The notes beneath the pieces are model-generated. The model saw nothing but the letters and a program-made list of their open reading frames with translations. It made no database searches and was not told the origin of the DNA. The translations under genes were made by a program, and so were the position numbers. Shown piece by piece: positions 38,459 through 52,491 of a DNA stretch of 64,000 nucleotides (within the stretch, counting starts at the first letter, position 1; every line of letters begins with the position of its first letter). Origin of the DNA: Lingula anatina (taxonomy: Eukaryota; Animalia; Brachiopoda); the NCBI GenBank assembly GCA_051362555.1, contig CM120644.1:4906954-4970953 (forward strand), written 5' to 3'.

Positions 38459-38648
38459 GGTGACTGATTAATGAAGGATTTTGCTAAAATTTTCAGGGTA
38501 CATGTAGATCAAAAATGAGCTAAGTTAGAACTAATCAGATTGATTTTGGCGGTGATCCATTAATTAATTTATAATGTGAATTAAGGTGCCTTGGCGGAGG
38601 TCTGAGTTCTTGGCAGAGGTCTGAGTTTTGGAGTGTTTTTCTTAAGTT
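38459..38648 (+). mobile_element. Helitron/Helentron-like 3' end remnant
   Basis: Contains GATTTTGGCGGTGATCC and CCTTGGCGGAGGTCTG...GAGTG.TTTTCT..AGTT, resembling the end of a widespread rolling-circle element family. Recognised from memory, not by search. Confidence 0.45.
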
Positions 38649-40815
38649 GTTATTATTGTGAAGTTGGAGGTCACACATTACCTGTATTTGCCTATACTGA
38701 TAAGAAGTGAGTGTTGTTGATACCTCAGTCAGAGTTTACCTTAAAATTACTATCTAAAATGTTGTGTGATAGTTGTGTGATTGGTGTGGCTAATAAGGTT
38801 TGATAAAATAAGCATAGGAAATGTAGAACAAACTAATGATGAATAATGAATGGTCATTGATGGCAATAGATGATAACATATGGTAATAGATAATAACGCA
38901 GATAATGGTGATAATAATTAATGATAAATTTAAAACAATACAACGGGAAAATGTGTCAAATTGGCAATTTATAAATTAGTCCTTAAGTACAGAATATGGC
39001 GTGCAGTTATTGACATATTTCATAGATCAATAAAGTGTATAGAAAAAGCATTATATCTAATTGGCTGTGGCATAGCACACCAGGTTTTAAATAAGTTCCA
39101 GGTACCCAATGTAACAGAGAGACAATCAATAATCGGTTGCATGACGGATGTTCTCTGTTTCGTGACATAATGGAAGTTTAACTAAAATTGTTTTATTCTA
39201 TTAGCTTATTAGAAGACCGTGCACTGCTCTGTTATTGGTGGTATTGTTTTATAGCAGACAGATGGATTTTAAATTATGATTATTGGTGTGGTTTAACATC
39301 AAGTTTTCTTTGATGATTCTCTTTGATAAAACGCAAAATAAATAAATATATTAAATGGTGACCAAATTGGGAGGAAAAAAATGAAAAAAAGTTTAGGCTG
39401 AATCACCCTGTGTTTGTGAAGGTGATGCTCAGGCACCCAGCATACATTGTTTATGGGCTATGCAATGATTCAGGATCTTTTTGATGGAAGAAATTGAGAA
39501 TTTTGGGACATCGTCATAAATTTATAAAATTAGAACATTTCTATTGAGCAGTAGCAACTAAATTGGAAAGCAGGTTATATCCCATAGTTGTTTTCCTATC
39601 AGAAAAAGCATCACAAATGCTGCACAGATGGATTTTAATAAATCCAAAATTACATATCTGGAAAATCGATCATTTCCCCCACTGAAAAGATCGAGCCTTT
39701 ACGAGGATAATACTCTGCTACTCAGGGTGTTAATCAGTTAAGTGCTGGACCTAATAAATAGGTCTCAGATTCTCCAAAGCCAAATCCAGATAGAAACGCA
39801 CACTAAGCCACATAATGAGGCCCCTTAGCACATCTCAGAGTAATACCTCGCAAAAAAGCAGCTTCAATAAAAGCAGAATCGATTACTTAGCGCTCCTTCA
39901 GATACAGGATTGCAGAGTTATTAAGACCTAATATTGTAATCTTCTCGTCTCTGTCGGATCCTGTTGTTTATTTTAATATCTGAATCACATAATGAATATG
40001 TTTTTTGAAAGCGTGCTGGAAATTGATTCTTAAACTTTGAATGCACAGATCTATGCTATGACATATTTTTTTGTTAAAACTTGCTAGGGACTTGGGCTGA
40101 TGATAAAAACAATTATTTAATGATGGAAGTGATTACGTGGGCCATAACAATATCATCTGACATATTTTTTTCGTTTAGATTGTGTAAAGACTATTTGATG
40201 ATGCAAGTGATGGCATAACAATATAATATTAACAAACATTTGGGTTTTGTTTTAATGATGTGGAGGCTCCCTTGATGATGATAAAATAATTGTTTGATGG
40301 CACTATACTATGCTGTGCTACTACATATTTTTACTATTTTGATAATGCCAAAGGTTTGCAATGTGCCTTGCAATCTGGGAGGGGGAGGGGCTGGAAGGGA
40401 CGTGGCTTAGTTTGCAAGGTATTGCATTCAGCATAGGTCAGGTGAAATAAGGGCACCTGTCAACTTCTTTGCTGACCCCTTATCTTCAGATGACAAGCCT
40501 GGTGATATGACATTGGTGCAATTTATCACAATCCAGCTGTTTTTATTCCACCTTTATGCCATGTTATTCTGTTTTGAAGTGTTTAACTGACCTAGGTAGT
40601 GAGTTAGACATGGCGATATTGATGGTGGATAGATGAGTATGCCAAGAAAATATTTCTTGACATGAAATGAACTTCTCTAAGGTCAATTTGTTATTTGTCA
40701 AGTGAGTTGCGTGCCACTGTCTTAAAAGATAACTCAGGCTAGAAGAGAGCTGGCCTGAAGGGAAGGTCTTGTGAGCCAAATTTTTGATTTGTCACCAAAT
40801 CAAACATAAAGTGAA

Positions 40816-40816
40816 A

Positions 40817-40869
<53 letters not shown>
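40816..40869. repeat. (AAT)n microsatellite
   Basis: Direct reading. Confidence 0.95.
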
Positions 40870-40872
<3 letters not shown>

Positions 40873-41434
40873 TTTTCTATATAAAATCTATATAAAATAA
40901 TTGCGTGATTAAAATTGATGGACAAATGTGAAAAATGATAGAAAAGTGCACTTGAAATGCATTGGCACTTGTTTTGCTTCAAAATGAATTGACAAACTAC
41001 CTCTGTAAAGGAGTATATCCTTCAATTTTCAAGAAGTGTAATCTTTTTCTGGTTATTTTTTTCACTTTGATAAAGTAACATGAGATGAAAAATATAAGCT
41101 ATATGACTGTATTTTTCTAATATATTTTCATTAGACATATCTGTGAATATCCGTAAAAATCTATCAGTCGCCCTGGTAGAGGGTATATTTTCATGATGAT
41201 ACAACAAAATTTCCATGGCTCTCTCAGTATAAGGCTTTGCAATTTGCTAGGCAATATCAAAGCATCACTTTTATGTCAATACTTCAAAAGATTTTTTGAA
41301 CATCAGTGAACAGCCATCCTTCAGAAAAAAAAATGACACTAGGGGATTTCTCAAAAATGTCATTAAAGTTTAAGTGTGAAAATATTGGAACCGTACAGAA
41401 AAGTGAATAATTTTGGTCACATCAGTGACACTTA

Positions 41435-41650
41435 GGCTGTATTTCCAGAGCTTTTAGATCGATCTATCCCCGTGGGGAGTCTCACTAGATTACTGTCAGA
41501 TAATCCAGCTTAAATGTCCGTCCCGCCTACAACAAGCTGTAAGGGGGGTAATTAACTTTTGTGTCCGCCCGGCTGACAGCTATTTAGCGTGAACCCCCAG
41601 GGAGTTAGGTCGATCTAAAGTAGATCGATCTAATCTCTGGAAATGGGGTC
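41435..41650. mobile_element. MITE with TTA TSD, TAGATCGATCTA family (PIF/Harbinger-like)
   Basis: Imperfect TIRs ATTTCCAGAG..TAGATCGATCTA / TAGATCGATCTAATCTCTGGAAAT, with TTA flanks. Related to 59608-59874. Confidence 0.7.
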
Positions 41651-44600
41651 TTAAAGATTTTTTGAAATGTTTACATAAATGTTTTTTTTAATCAATTTTA
41701 ATAACTATTTTTTTCTTGCAATATTGGAGGTTACTGTAGCACAAAATAGCTTGAAATAATAGGGTCAAGACAAAGTAATGCAAATATTTCACAAAATGTG
41801 TGTATCTCTGATCTGACTCCAGTAGTTCCAGTGAAATGACCCACTGGATATCCTGCAAATATCCTGTCCTATGTATTGTTTGATAACCTTCTGAGATGGT
41901 CCCCGCAGTGATTATTATCGACTTTTATTAATGCGACAAAAACCTTAAAAGATTGCAATCACACAAACTTGTCAGAAAGCATTTCATTGGCTGCTGTCCT
42001 TATAAGATCATCCTTTTTTTTTAAACCAACTTCAAAATTTCCATTGACTATTCTGACAAAAGTGGGTCTTCTTTTTATTACGTGAAGCAAAATAACATTT
42101 GGAAGAGAAATTGCTTTATGTTATAAAGGAAGGTGATCTAATTTGACAATAGTTAAAGGCATTTTTTTCTTACAACAAGGAAATCAATCACTCGGGGAAG
42201 TGCTTTTCCTGGACAAACCTGTTTTTTTAAAATGAATTTCCTTGTTATGTCTGTTCTTCTCTGGACTTTCATTCTCATTAGGAAATTTTTCTGACAGAAA
42301 GATACTTGATTGGTAAATAGCTTTCATTAATAATGTGTTGTTTTATCAATGATTTGAAAGTGATAAATGGGTCTTAATGTGATTGCATGATTTGACGTAG
42401 AGAAAAATTGCTTCTATTGACCAAAAAACTTACGTTTGCCAAATAGATCTAAATGCAAAGGACTTAACAGAATCTACAATTGGCAATTTATAGAAAGGAT
42501 ATAATGCATATATATCACAAAAAAAAAAAAAAAAAAAAAAAAATTGTTTGTCATAAAAACAAAGGTGGTCCCAGATTGTGATTGTGTTAGCTGTGCAACA
42601 ACCACTGGAAGATGAACCATGTGCAGCATTGATGATCTTTGAGATCTTTTCAGCTATCCAGAGAGTAGTTCTTAATAATTCTCCTGTTACATGGTTACAA
42701 AGCTTGGTAAAGCTCAAAAGAGATTTAAAGAAATTGCTCTGACAAGTCTTAAGTGTGCGTGTAATTGGCAACAAGAGTATTAATGACAGTGCTTGACATT
42801 AGTGGTTTGAAAATTCAGTGTTTTTTTCTCTCAGATTGTTTGTGTAGTAGCACTGACTTAGATGAGGCGTTGACAGGTTTTATCAATTATTTTAAGTCAC
42901 TTAAACAGTTATGAATATCAACACATTTATAAATATTCATAATGAGCATAATTGTTTTTGATCCCATGATTTAAAAGTATTTTCATTATGGAATTGCGTG
43001 CCATAAAAAGTCGTAAATTTTATCGGTCTGTCATGTCCAGCAGCCTGCTGTAGCCTGGTGACAGTGGCATATTTAATATTTCCTGCGTAAGTGGCAACAT
43101 TATGTCCAGTCACCTTCAACGACCCGCGTAAACAGACTAATTAAACTGGAATGAACCCTTAAAAGAACGGAATAACAAGTGACTGCGTTATGATTACTTT
43201 CAGCAACAATTGGAGTCGTGGCTATAAATCAGACAGTTGTCCAGCATTTTTATCTGGCTTTAAGTCATCTCATACAGATGAATTGTTTTTCATCACAGTT
43301 AGAGTATTTATCAGAAATCATGTGATATAATGTATATTTATAGTTTCACAAAGATGATCTGTTTTATTTATTTGTTTACTGCAATATCAGTATGCAATTA
43401 TCAAGCCTTACTGCAGAATTAAGATAAGATTTTCCTCTCACAGATGTTTATTTCTTCAGCACACTATCTGGCTTGCTATTTCTCTAATTTTGATTTGTGT
43501 TTAAGAGCCTTGATTTCTTGGCCTGGTTTGTGAACTTATCCACAATCGCACTTTTTTAACAAGTGAAGAAAAATTAATGAAAAATAAAAATGCACCAACA
43601 TGTTCCTAAGAAACCACATCTGCTAGTTTTTCTCATCACATTTCTGTCATTTTTCTATATCGTGTCCAGTTCTTGATTTAAGAAGTCGCACACTCCTAGA
43701 GATGTGAATAAATGGCAGAAATAATTCTTTCTTTCCCTCACATCAAATTATTTGCTTTTAATATCGATAAAATGCCACATCTCCCAAAAATTGATATTCA
43801 ACTGGAAACAAAACAGAGATAAAATAGGAAATCTATCTCGCTCTGAACGGCGCCGTGGGTGGGAAGAAAATACCCTCAGGATAAAGACGACCTCATGATC
43901 AGAATGAATTCTGACAAAATCTGTGAGTTGAATAGAGAATTAATGAAAGCCATTCACCAAAGCTGACTTGTTTTGCAGTTAGGAAAGTGCACTTGGCTTG
44001 GGTCAGATATATATATATGGAGGAAGGAAATGATTTAAGGTGCACTTCCATCTAAAATGTGATGTTTTAACTTAGCTGGGTTGTTTTTTAACTGCCAGAG
44101 GAAAAGATATAAATTAAAGAATTTGACTTGGTCTTGATAAAGCAATTAGCAAGACCTGCCATTTTTATTGCTAAAAATATATTGTGTTATTATAGATGAT
44201 GTTATGATCATAATCAAAAATGCATTCACAGATATCAAAAATTAACCTTCAATGTTGCTATTCATCAAATTTAGAATGCTTTTTCTCAGATGAATTTCTG
44301 ACATTCTGGTCGATGTATCTTGGTAACACATTCATATCATTAAATCAGTTGAAGATGTTCACTTGTATTTTACTTGGTGCTTAAAAAGATTTATTACTAG
44401 GAGTTGTTTTGACAGTCTGTGGCCAAGCAGAAGACGCTTGTTTACTGGGAGTCTTTCTGTTATGAGTCTTTCTGTTGGGCAGACCCATGGAAAATCCATT
44501 ATTATTTTTATTATCCACTAGGGAAAGTAATCATCCTCAGTAATAGCATTCCAAGAAGCATGGGTTTAATTTGAAATGAAGTTTACTAAGAGAAGAGTCA

Positions 44601-44676
44601 TAGCAGTCATTGTCAGGTGAAAGTAATAATTCATAATATTTGAGCAACTTCAAATGATAGTCCACCCCCACTCTTC

Positions 44677-44708
<32 letters not shown>

Positions 44709-45247
44709 AAGAAATACGAAGAAAATGCTTAACTATTTTTGATTCCAAAGTTCTGAAAAGCAGCATGCCTTCATGCTAGAAGGCAAATTGATGTCAGTCT
44801 GAAAATGATAAATCTTGAAAAATGTCCGAAAAATGAAGCACTTGTTATTTAAAATAATTACTGTATTAAAAGCATATCTCATCTCTTGGCCATACAAAGC
44901 CCACGTCATGGCTCAGTTCATATCCTCAAACACATCCATAACAAGGTTTGAAAGAAATCTAAGTATACATAACATATTGTGGTAAATGGTTCTCAGATAT
45001 CCTATCTCTTTTGTAACAAGAAGCAGAGAGAAATGAACCGAGCTTCATATTTTCCATCCGTTATGTCAGCAAAAAGAATATTTTATGAAAGATTTCTGCC
45101 ACTTTATTAGAAATTTGAGAAGATAATGATTCTGTTTTATAGGAGATGAATCGATCTCGCTGTTGTCTCTGCTTCCTGCTTTCTGTTGCTTCCTCCTCTT
45201 TTTTCCTTCACATTAAAAAAAGAGCAATTGTGCAAAGAAAAAGAATT

Positions 45248-45250
<3 letters not shown>

Positions 45251-45309
<59 letters not shown>
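45251..45309. repeat. (CA)n microsatellite
   Basis: Direct reading. Confidence 0.95.
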
Positions 45310-45311
<2 letters not shown>

Positions 45312-46799
45312 GTCCTTTTCTAATACCCAAGAAAATAAGCCATTCCTTTGGTCTTTTTTTCTCTGAATAAGATAAAACAGATGGATTAATAAGTTAATAA
45401 AAGAAAATTGAACGATTAAAAGAAATGAAACAATGGATTAGTTTTTTGAGCATTTGAGATGGACAAGCTTTTCCATTCATTTCGAATTGTTTAGTTTATT
45501 TGTTTGCATTCAGGCACGCGTGTGAGTGCTTACATGTCTGTGTGTATGTATGTGCTCATATGCATTTTCTCATATGCATGTACACGTGTGTTGTTTATGT
45601 TTAAGCATGTGTGTGTGCGCATGTGTTTGTGTGTGTGTGTGTGTGTGCACGCAAGCACGTGTGTGTTAGCAAGTGGGAGAGGCAATCCATGGCATGGCAA
45701 TCATCAGAAGTTTTTATTTGTCTACTGTCTAATATTTACGCCATTTCCAGTAACTCAATTACCCAGTTCGTGATGTTATTATTGTTCAACACCTGAAGCC
45801 AATTGCAGAGAGACCACAGTTGAGATTATCTGTGAAAGCAATAAAAGTCCTAGTAGTGGTTGTTGTTGAGTGCTTTCCTTAGCAAATTGCTATGAAATGG
45901 TCATTGCCAAATGGTCATTGCCAACAATGTTGATGAAAAAATATTGCCTTTCATCGCAATTCAAGTCCATAATAACGACTGTCTTCTGTAAACTTGTCAA
46001 CACATTTTACTGGCTTAGCAGTAAAGCCATTACTAGTATTGATGCTGGAATTGTAAAATGATTTGTATTTTTTATCTGTTATGGGAATCCAAATGTCTGT
46101 CTTACAATCTGTTTTCTTCCTGAACTAGAGCCAGTATTGGTGTTTTATGAAGCTAGCAATTGCCTTTAGTTGATGGCTTAAATAACGAGTGGTCTATAGA
46201 TACTTTCCTTGAAAACAATACAGTGTAATGGCATTGCAGTTATTGTTGGTGTAATGGTGGTGAACTGTATAGACAGATGCTGCATTTGAAGTCACCTTAA
46301 TCTCTCTCTCTCTCTCTTTCTCTGTCTCTGTCTCCAGAGCCAAGATCTAATACTGTAAGATCTAATACTTGCAGGCCCCACCATTTATACAGTGTTGTTT
46401 ATAACATTGTTTTCCTCTGTGCTTTTATGTTAATTACTGACTGCAAACACAATCTCTCATGTCTTAACAGTTGAGTTTTACAGCTGAAAAAAAAAAGTTG
46501 TTTTATAGAAACGGGAACTGGTGGAGTTGTTTTAGTAAAGTGCATATGATTAATGACTTAAAATCACTTTGTATTGCTTAAAGCAAGACTGTGATAACTC
46601 TTCATAATATTTGGAGATAGTGTTAAAACACCTTGATGAAACAAGTGATTTTGACAAATTGCATTGTTTAAACAAACTTTGCTATCATGGAGTATATCAG
46701 GTACATTGTTTGACTTCTAATGAGTCAGATAAAGCAGCTGCTGTTATCATGTGAGATGAAATCTAATCAAAACTTTCACTCAACAATGCACACACTGCT

Positions 46800-46990
46800 C
46801 CCGTGGCGCCATTTTGTCTGCCAATTCAGGACATTCACCTCCGCTGAATTGTCTCACCATCCTGATGCTCTGATTGGCTGTTAGGCACCTGCCGTAGGGT
46901 GTGGGTTTTACAGCATCCCAACCTCGCCGACCTTTACCATGCTGCAGCTGCTGTGACAGTTTTTCTTAAAAAGGTTGAAGACAGTGAGTG
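46800..46990 (+). promoter_or_regulatory. Promoter/enhancer-like GC-richer island
   Basis: YY1-like CGCCATTTTG at 46808, NF-Y-type CTGATTGGCT at 46870, and possible donor ACA|GTGAGT at 46984. Confidence 0.35.
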
Positions 46991-48849
46991 GTCTCAGTCA
47001 TTTACTTAAGGACAATGTGGGAGATAGAGATAATGAGGGATACTGTATTCTGTATGTTACGTTTGGTGTGAAACTGCATCTACGTGACAGGGTTTCTGAT
47101 TTTTGTCAATGCAAATCTTGATGCAAAAGTAGACAAAGAACTCTGAGGAAAAGTTAAAAAAGTTGCATGCATGGCCATAAGCTCATTATAGCCCGGTGTC
47201 AACCAAAACTTAGTCTGCATCACATCAAGCTAGGGGTTAGAGCATTTCAAAGACAGATATAATGATATTTATGAAGCCTATCAATAATATGGACAGTGAC
47301 CAAACAGACTGAAGTTCAAGACACTGTGCTAAGTTATTCATCAATTTTCGACTCTCACTCTTTGATCTCTAATTCAAGGAAATGCATTCGTTGCCACACT
47401 GGGCTTGGACTTGAGCTAAAGAATGATGATTTGATAATGACGGGTCATAGAAACTGACAACTGAAATCTCAAGGCTGCTCATCTCAAAATCTTTTGAACA
47501 CCAATAAACTACATCGCCTCATCTGATGTCATCATTCCAAGGAAAAATAAAGAAAAAAAAATTGATCTTGCTGCTGGAAATAATAATCTAAGGACAATAC
47601 TGTAGGTTATACTTGGTTTGCAGGGGGGTCACCTGGAGCTCTTTCAAAATAAATTCATCATTAATAATAACTTCACAGGCCTCATGTGGCTCCATAAAAC
47701 TGACTAGGAATATGTTTGTGTCTTTTTTTTATGGTGACACGGCAAAATGGACAAGGATTGATAGTGGGTTATACAGAGTTGAGAAAGGCAAGTTTTTTGC
47801 ATGCATGGTGCTCAATATTTTTTTAAAATACCCAGATTCAAGGTCAGATATACGTGTTTGCTGTCTGCACCACTTGGAGGAAGGTAAAATATATAATAAC
47901 CGTGTAATTGCAAAGAAGCACACATAAAATTGGGGCATGATAAGCAGTTTAAAAATCTTGTGACCCTCCTGGGACGCAAACACCTGAGGGATATGTTTGA
48001 AAACGTCGAAGTAGGGAATGAAGGAAGGAACATGACACCCTTTGTCAACTTAAAAATACTGAACAAAGCAAGACAAGTTTAAAGAACATGTCAGATACTG
48101 AATGGAGGCGAAGTTTATGTTATAATATTGACTTGCTGCATTTTGTATTAGTTGTTGTGGAATACCAACATTGCGGTAGACTTGTGTTGAAGTAAAACAA
48201 GTGTATGCTGTCATGTGTTAAGAAAGAAAGTTATGCGTCGTGCTTTAATATTGACTTAGTGCAGGAAAGGTGGAATATGAGCTCTGGTCATTTGAGGATA
48301 TTTGAGGATATTTACTCAGGCAAACCTTCTCTTGGATACACAAAAACAGTAACATAAGGGATGAAAGTCAATAAGTAGGCCTATTATCTCTTTGGAGTTC
48401 AGTTTAAGGATCAGCATATATCTGCACCCCACGTCATCTGGGATGTTCGGAGAGCTCTCAAAAACAATTTCACGTTACTGATTTATCAAAGTAGCCTGTG
48501 TAGTTTTGATATTAACCAGGCGAGTTGAGCCCCAGGTGATTTTAGAAAAAAAATATTTGACGGGGAACTCTGATATGAGGGACTCGAGGAAGAGAGGCAG
48601 TGGGATTATAGAGATCCACACACCAATGTTACCAGGCATGCTATAAGCACACACAGGTATAAGGACACTTCAGGGGCACCTTTAGTGGTTTATATTTTTG
48701 GGATTTTGTTTTTTATGAGCCCATTTTTCCTCTCTGGAAGGGGTTTTCATATGGTACATGCCTTTAGGCAGGCAAACAGTGACATTGCTGCCTCAACAGA
48801 TGCAACAGATAGACACGTTTTTCATGTAAAAAAGCAACTGTGGAATTAA

Positions 48850-49100
48850 TCAGCCAATGGTTTGGTCTGTAGCTGATAATCTTGGAACAGCTCGTGACAT
48901 GCGCTGGATTGGGGTCACCCCTCCACACAATGCATTATACAGTGACTGTCCAAGGACGAACCCGGTGACATTTTGCTTTAATGAGGGGACATTCACTTGT
49001 CTGACATAAATTTTCAGTGAGTCAGCACTTTTTTTGACACTTGGGGCATTTTTGCTATAAATTGCAGATGTGCGTGCACGGGCACTGCTAGACGTAGTGG
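48850..49100 (+). promoter_or_regulatory. Candidate TATA promoter
   Basis: CCAAT at 48854, ATTGG at 48908, AP-1 site TGAGTCA at 49018, TATAAA at 49056, followed by GC/CpG-richer UTR-like sequence. Confidence 0.45.
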
Positions 49101-50996
49101 AGACGGACTTTTGTTTGTGCCTATTGAACAGGTGCCCCAGTGCTCTGAAGTGTGGTGTTGTCACGGAGGTCTGGTTTTGGCGAGACCGTGTTGCGGAGAC
49201 GGCTGAATATTTGTGTACAAAAAGGCTTACCTGGTGATTATTTCAATAGGTACAGCTATAGCATACTGCTATCATATTGTGTCTGATTTAAGATCTTGTT
49301 TAGTACTGTTGTTAATGCAGACACACATCACTGATGCAGTACGGTACTTTTGTTTTGTACTAGAAACTATAATTTGTAAATTTACCAGGATTTAACAGCA
49401 CTTTGTCAATTAAGAGGAAAATGATATTGTCTGTTGACATATGACCTAGAGGATATATTATCTTAAATCAGTTTATGTCTGACAACTCACTGCCCAGACA
49501 AAAACTCTGCAGAGTACAGTTTTAATTGAGCAACTCCTCTGCAAGACAACAAGCTGCCAACTTTAAATTGACTGATTATTTATTGAGATACGGGAAGGCA
49601 ATGTGGATGGGTCTTCTCTCCACATTGATCAGTCTTAGTTTCCCATGTATTTAACACTGACAATTACAGAGAGGTAATCAATCGAGAGAGAAGAGGAGCT
49701 ACAACCTTTGGGGCAAAAGAGCAAAACAGGCAAAGACATTTGGCAGACAGCCATAAATTTCCCAGGAATTCTAAGGAATTTTACGTTGTACCATTGAACA
49801 AATTTATTTGATTCAGAACTGTAGTTGGTAAGGATCTTCAGATGTGTTGGAATTTGTCTATGCTCGGCTCAACAAGATCCAGGAATTTCTAGGAATTGTA
49901 GGACCACTTGCATAGCAGCAGGACTTTCTATAGTTGTAAGACATTAATTTGTTTCCTTGAGGAGACATCAAAGATTCGTGCTGAAGTGATAATGCATGGC
50001 ATTTCATTTTGTGCAGATAAAATTGGTTATATATTTGGCAAATTACTCCAATGGACAATGAAATAAGGTCACATAGATATAAAGCATTTAAGAGGGAAGG
50101 TTAGAGATTCTGGGTAAAATTTTGGAAGAATTTCTCTCAGCACCACATTGGAATTTTATCGAATGGACAAACAAATGTGACAAAAGAAAGGCACCAACTT
50201 TGTGTCTGGGGACTTGTGTATTAGAATGGTTTACACCTCTACTGGGACAACTTTCACATTTGACATTGTCATATTGCCTCAGTTGTCTAGTTTAACTCTC
50301 AGACGTACAATTTTTTAAAAGTACTTGGCAGCTCTGATCTGCCGAGAGATGTATGCTAAGACCTCCAGGCTGTACTTAACACGTTTTAACAATCTTACAT
50401 ACACCATATCTGCTTAGTTGGCAGCACGCGACGCCTTATTGAGACATATTGGATTATAGGCCCAGCTGTGTGCGTTCTAGTGAGGATGGTCTTGGTTTGA
50501 GCACCTCTAGGTGAACATTAACACTACTTAACACGTATAACCATTGATGTCACTTAGATAAAGCTCTGATCACTTACCTGGACTTGATAAACACAAGATA
50601 TCGTTCCGCATTACCAGGACTGAAGCTGATATTGATATATACTGTGGCCTGAGAAGTATTTATTGGGGATTGCTGGGCTGAAGATTATCCAGGCGATTGT
50701 ACTTAGGATACATAAATTATTATTATCTGGATTGGGAGGTTTGTGACAGAGGTAGCTACAGGGAGAACTCGCAGCACTTTGTTCAGCATTGTTCTCCAGT
50801 GCCATTTAGACACTTCGATAGTTGCATGGAATTTCTCCGCAGGCATTCTCAGTAAATCCTGGATGTTTTTTATCTAATCAAATTCACTCTGGGTGAATAC
50901 CATAAACAACAGACCAGGAATTTTTATTGAGGAAGGGGTATTTTTATATACATAGACAGTTTCAGTCTAGGGTTTGAGGTGAAAATATCAGGGAAA

Positions 50997-51071
50997 ATGT
51001 ACTCGCTGAGGAAACAACACCCCACTCATACCATACAGGAGGACGTCTTAGATGACTGTTATGATAGAGAG
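50997..51071 (+). CDS. Candidate alternative first coding exon E (MYSLRKQHPTHTIQEDVLDDCYDRE), phase-0 donor
   Basis: AAAATG start, 25 codons, donor GAG|GTAGGG at 51071/51072, then a switch to low-complexity intron-like DNA. Confidence 0.65.
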
Positions 51072-51327
51072 GTAGGGGATCACATTAAATTACACATATA
51101 TATCATCTAATTATCCATTCATCTGTCCATCCTTTCATTCATTCTTTTGTCCATCTGTCCATCTGTCATTTGTTCATCTATTCCCATCCATAAATCTTTA
51201 TCTTTCTTTTCTTTTTGACTCCACCCATCTGTCCATTCTTTACTAGTGTTTGATTCATATTAATATATATATATATATCAACATTTTACTTCTTTTTTAT
51301 CACTGTGCTTTTCCATGTTCAATCAAT

Positions 51328-51360
51328 CATTCATTCATTCATTCATTCATTCATTCATTC
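51328..51360. repeat. (ATTC)n microsatellite
   Basis: Direct reading. Confidence 0.9.
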
Positions 51361-52234
51361 TTTATGACCTCAATAAATGTTTATGAATTATTAAAAAAAA
51401 AAAAATAAGATTCATTTGCAAAGATTCCTTGTGCTGAATATGTCTGACACAGAATTCTATGCATGTAATGAGGCTTACCATTACATAGATTAAGAAAAAG
51501 ATATACGAACATAATATATAACATGATATAATATTAAAGCATGAATGGCAAACTGTCAAGTCTTCCAGCATGTCTAAGTGTTACAAGGCATGTGTTAGAG
51601 TTGAACACTCACCGTGCTATTCAGATATGTTTAAACAGGCATAAAATATACATTTATGACTTTATAGTGTGGTTTATCACACAGTTACTGTCAGGAAGAC
51701 ATGCTTGACATTTTGCAGTTAACTTTATCTGAATATTTTTTTTTTGATGGAATAGGATCTTTTTAAAAATCATTTATATTTATATAGAACTTTGTATTTG
51801 TACACAGGAAAAATAGTCTAATAGTCTAATAGTCAGGTATTAGAAGCCCTGGTAAATTTTCTAAGTGGCAAAGGACATTTCTTTCTGGGACCTTAGGATT
51901 TGGATTGTGTCTTTGATTAGTGAGGAAGGTGTCGTAAATGTTGTCATTTGTGCTTATATTAAACTTGACATCCCCTAACCTGTACACTCAGCTTAAAATC
52001 TGACTTTTTAAAAATATCTTTTTCACTGGTGTTTATTTCATATATTGGACATAAGTGCTGGTTTAGCTCTTTTTGATTTTCAAAGATATACACCTGTCTG
52101 CACATATTTAAAAGTGACTTAGATTTTTAATTTTAATTAATTTTTTAATTTTTAATTTAGCTGTCATATGTTAAAAAGATTTTTTGTCATACATAATAGT
52201 GATAACGCTATAACAAGAGGATGATGGACTTTTA

Positions 52235-52491
52235 GGCTTCGTTCACATGCAATGTCTATTTTCTAATTTCTATTTTCTATTTGCGCTATCTTATGATCAC
52301 GGTCTGTGTCCTGAATATCCCGCAGCGTAATTACTGGCAGCGCGAGCCAGTTACTTATAGTAACTTATAGTAACTGGCTCGCGCTGCCAGTAATTACGCC
52401 GCGGGATATTCAGGCCACACACCGTGATCATAAGACATACCGCAAATAGAAAATAGAATTTAGAAAATAGACATTGCATGTGAACGAAGCC
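52235..52491. mobile_element. Fully palindromic MITE, copy 2, TTA TSD (PIF/Harbinger-Tourist-like)
   Basis: Perfect terminal GGCTTCGTTCACATGCAATGTCTATTTTCTAA inverted repeat, TTA at 52232-52234 and 52492-52494. Nearly identical to 3448-3705. Confidence 0.92.

Noticed and set aside
43840-43928. MIRMNSDKI followed by a GTGAGT donor
   Set aside because: Phase 1, weak exon-side context and no other support.
48850-49164. 104-aa minus-strand ORF
   Set aside because: Non-ATG start, no recognisable domain, and it overlaps promoter-like motifs on the + strand.
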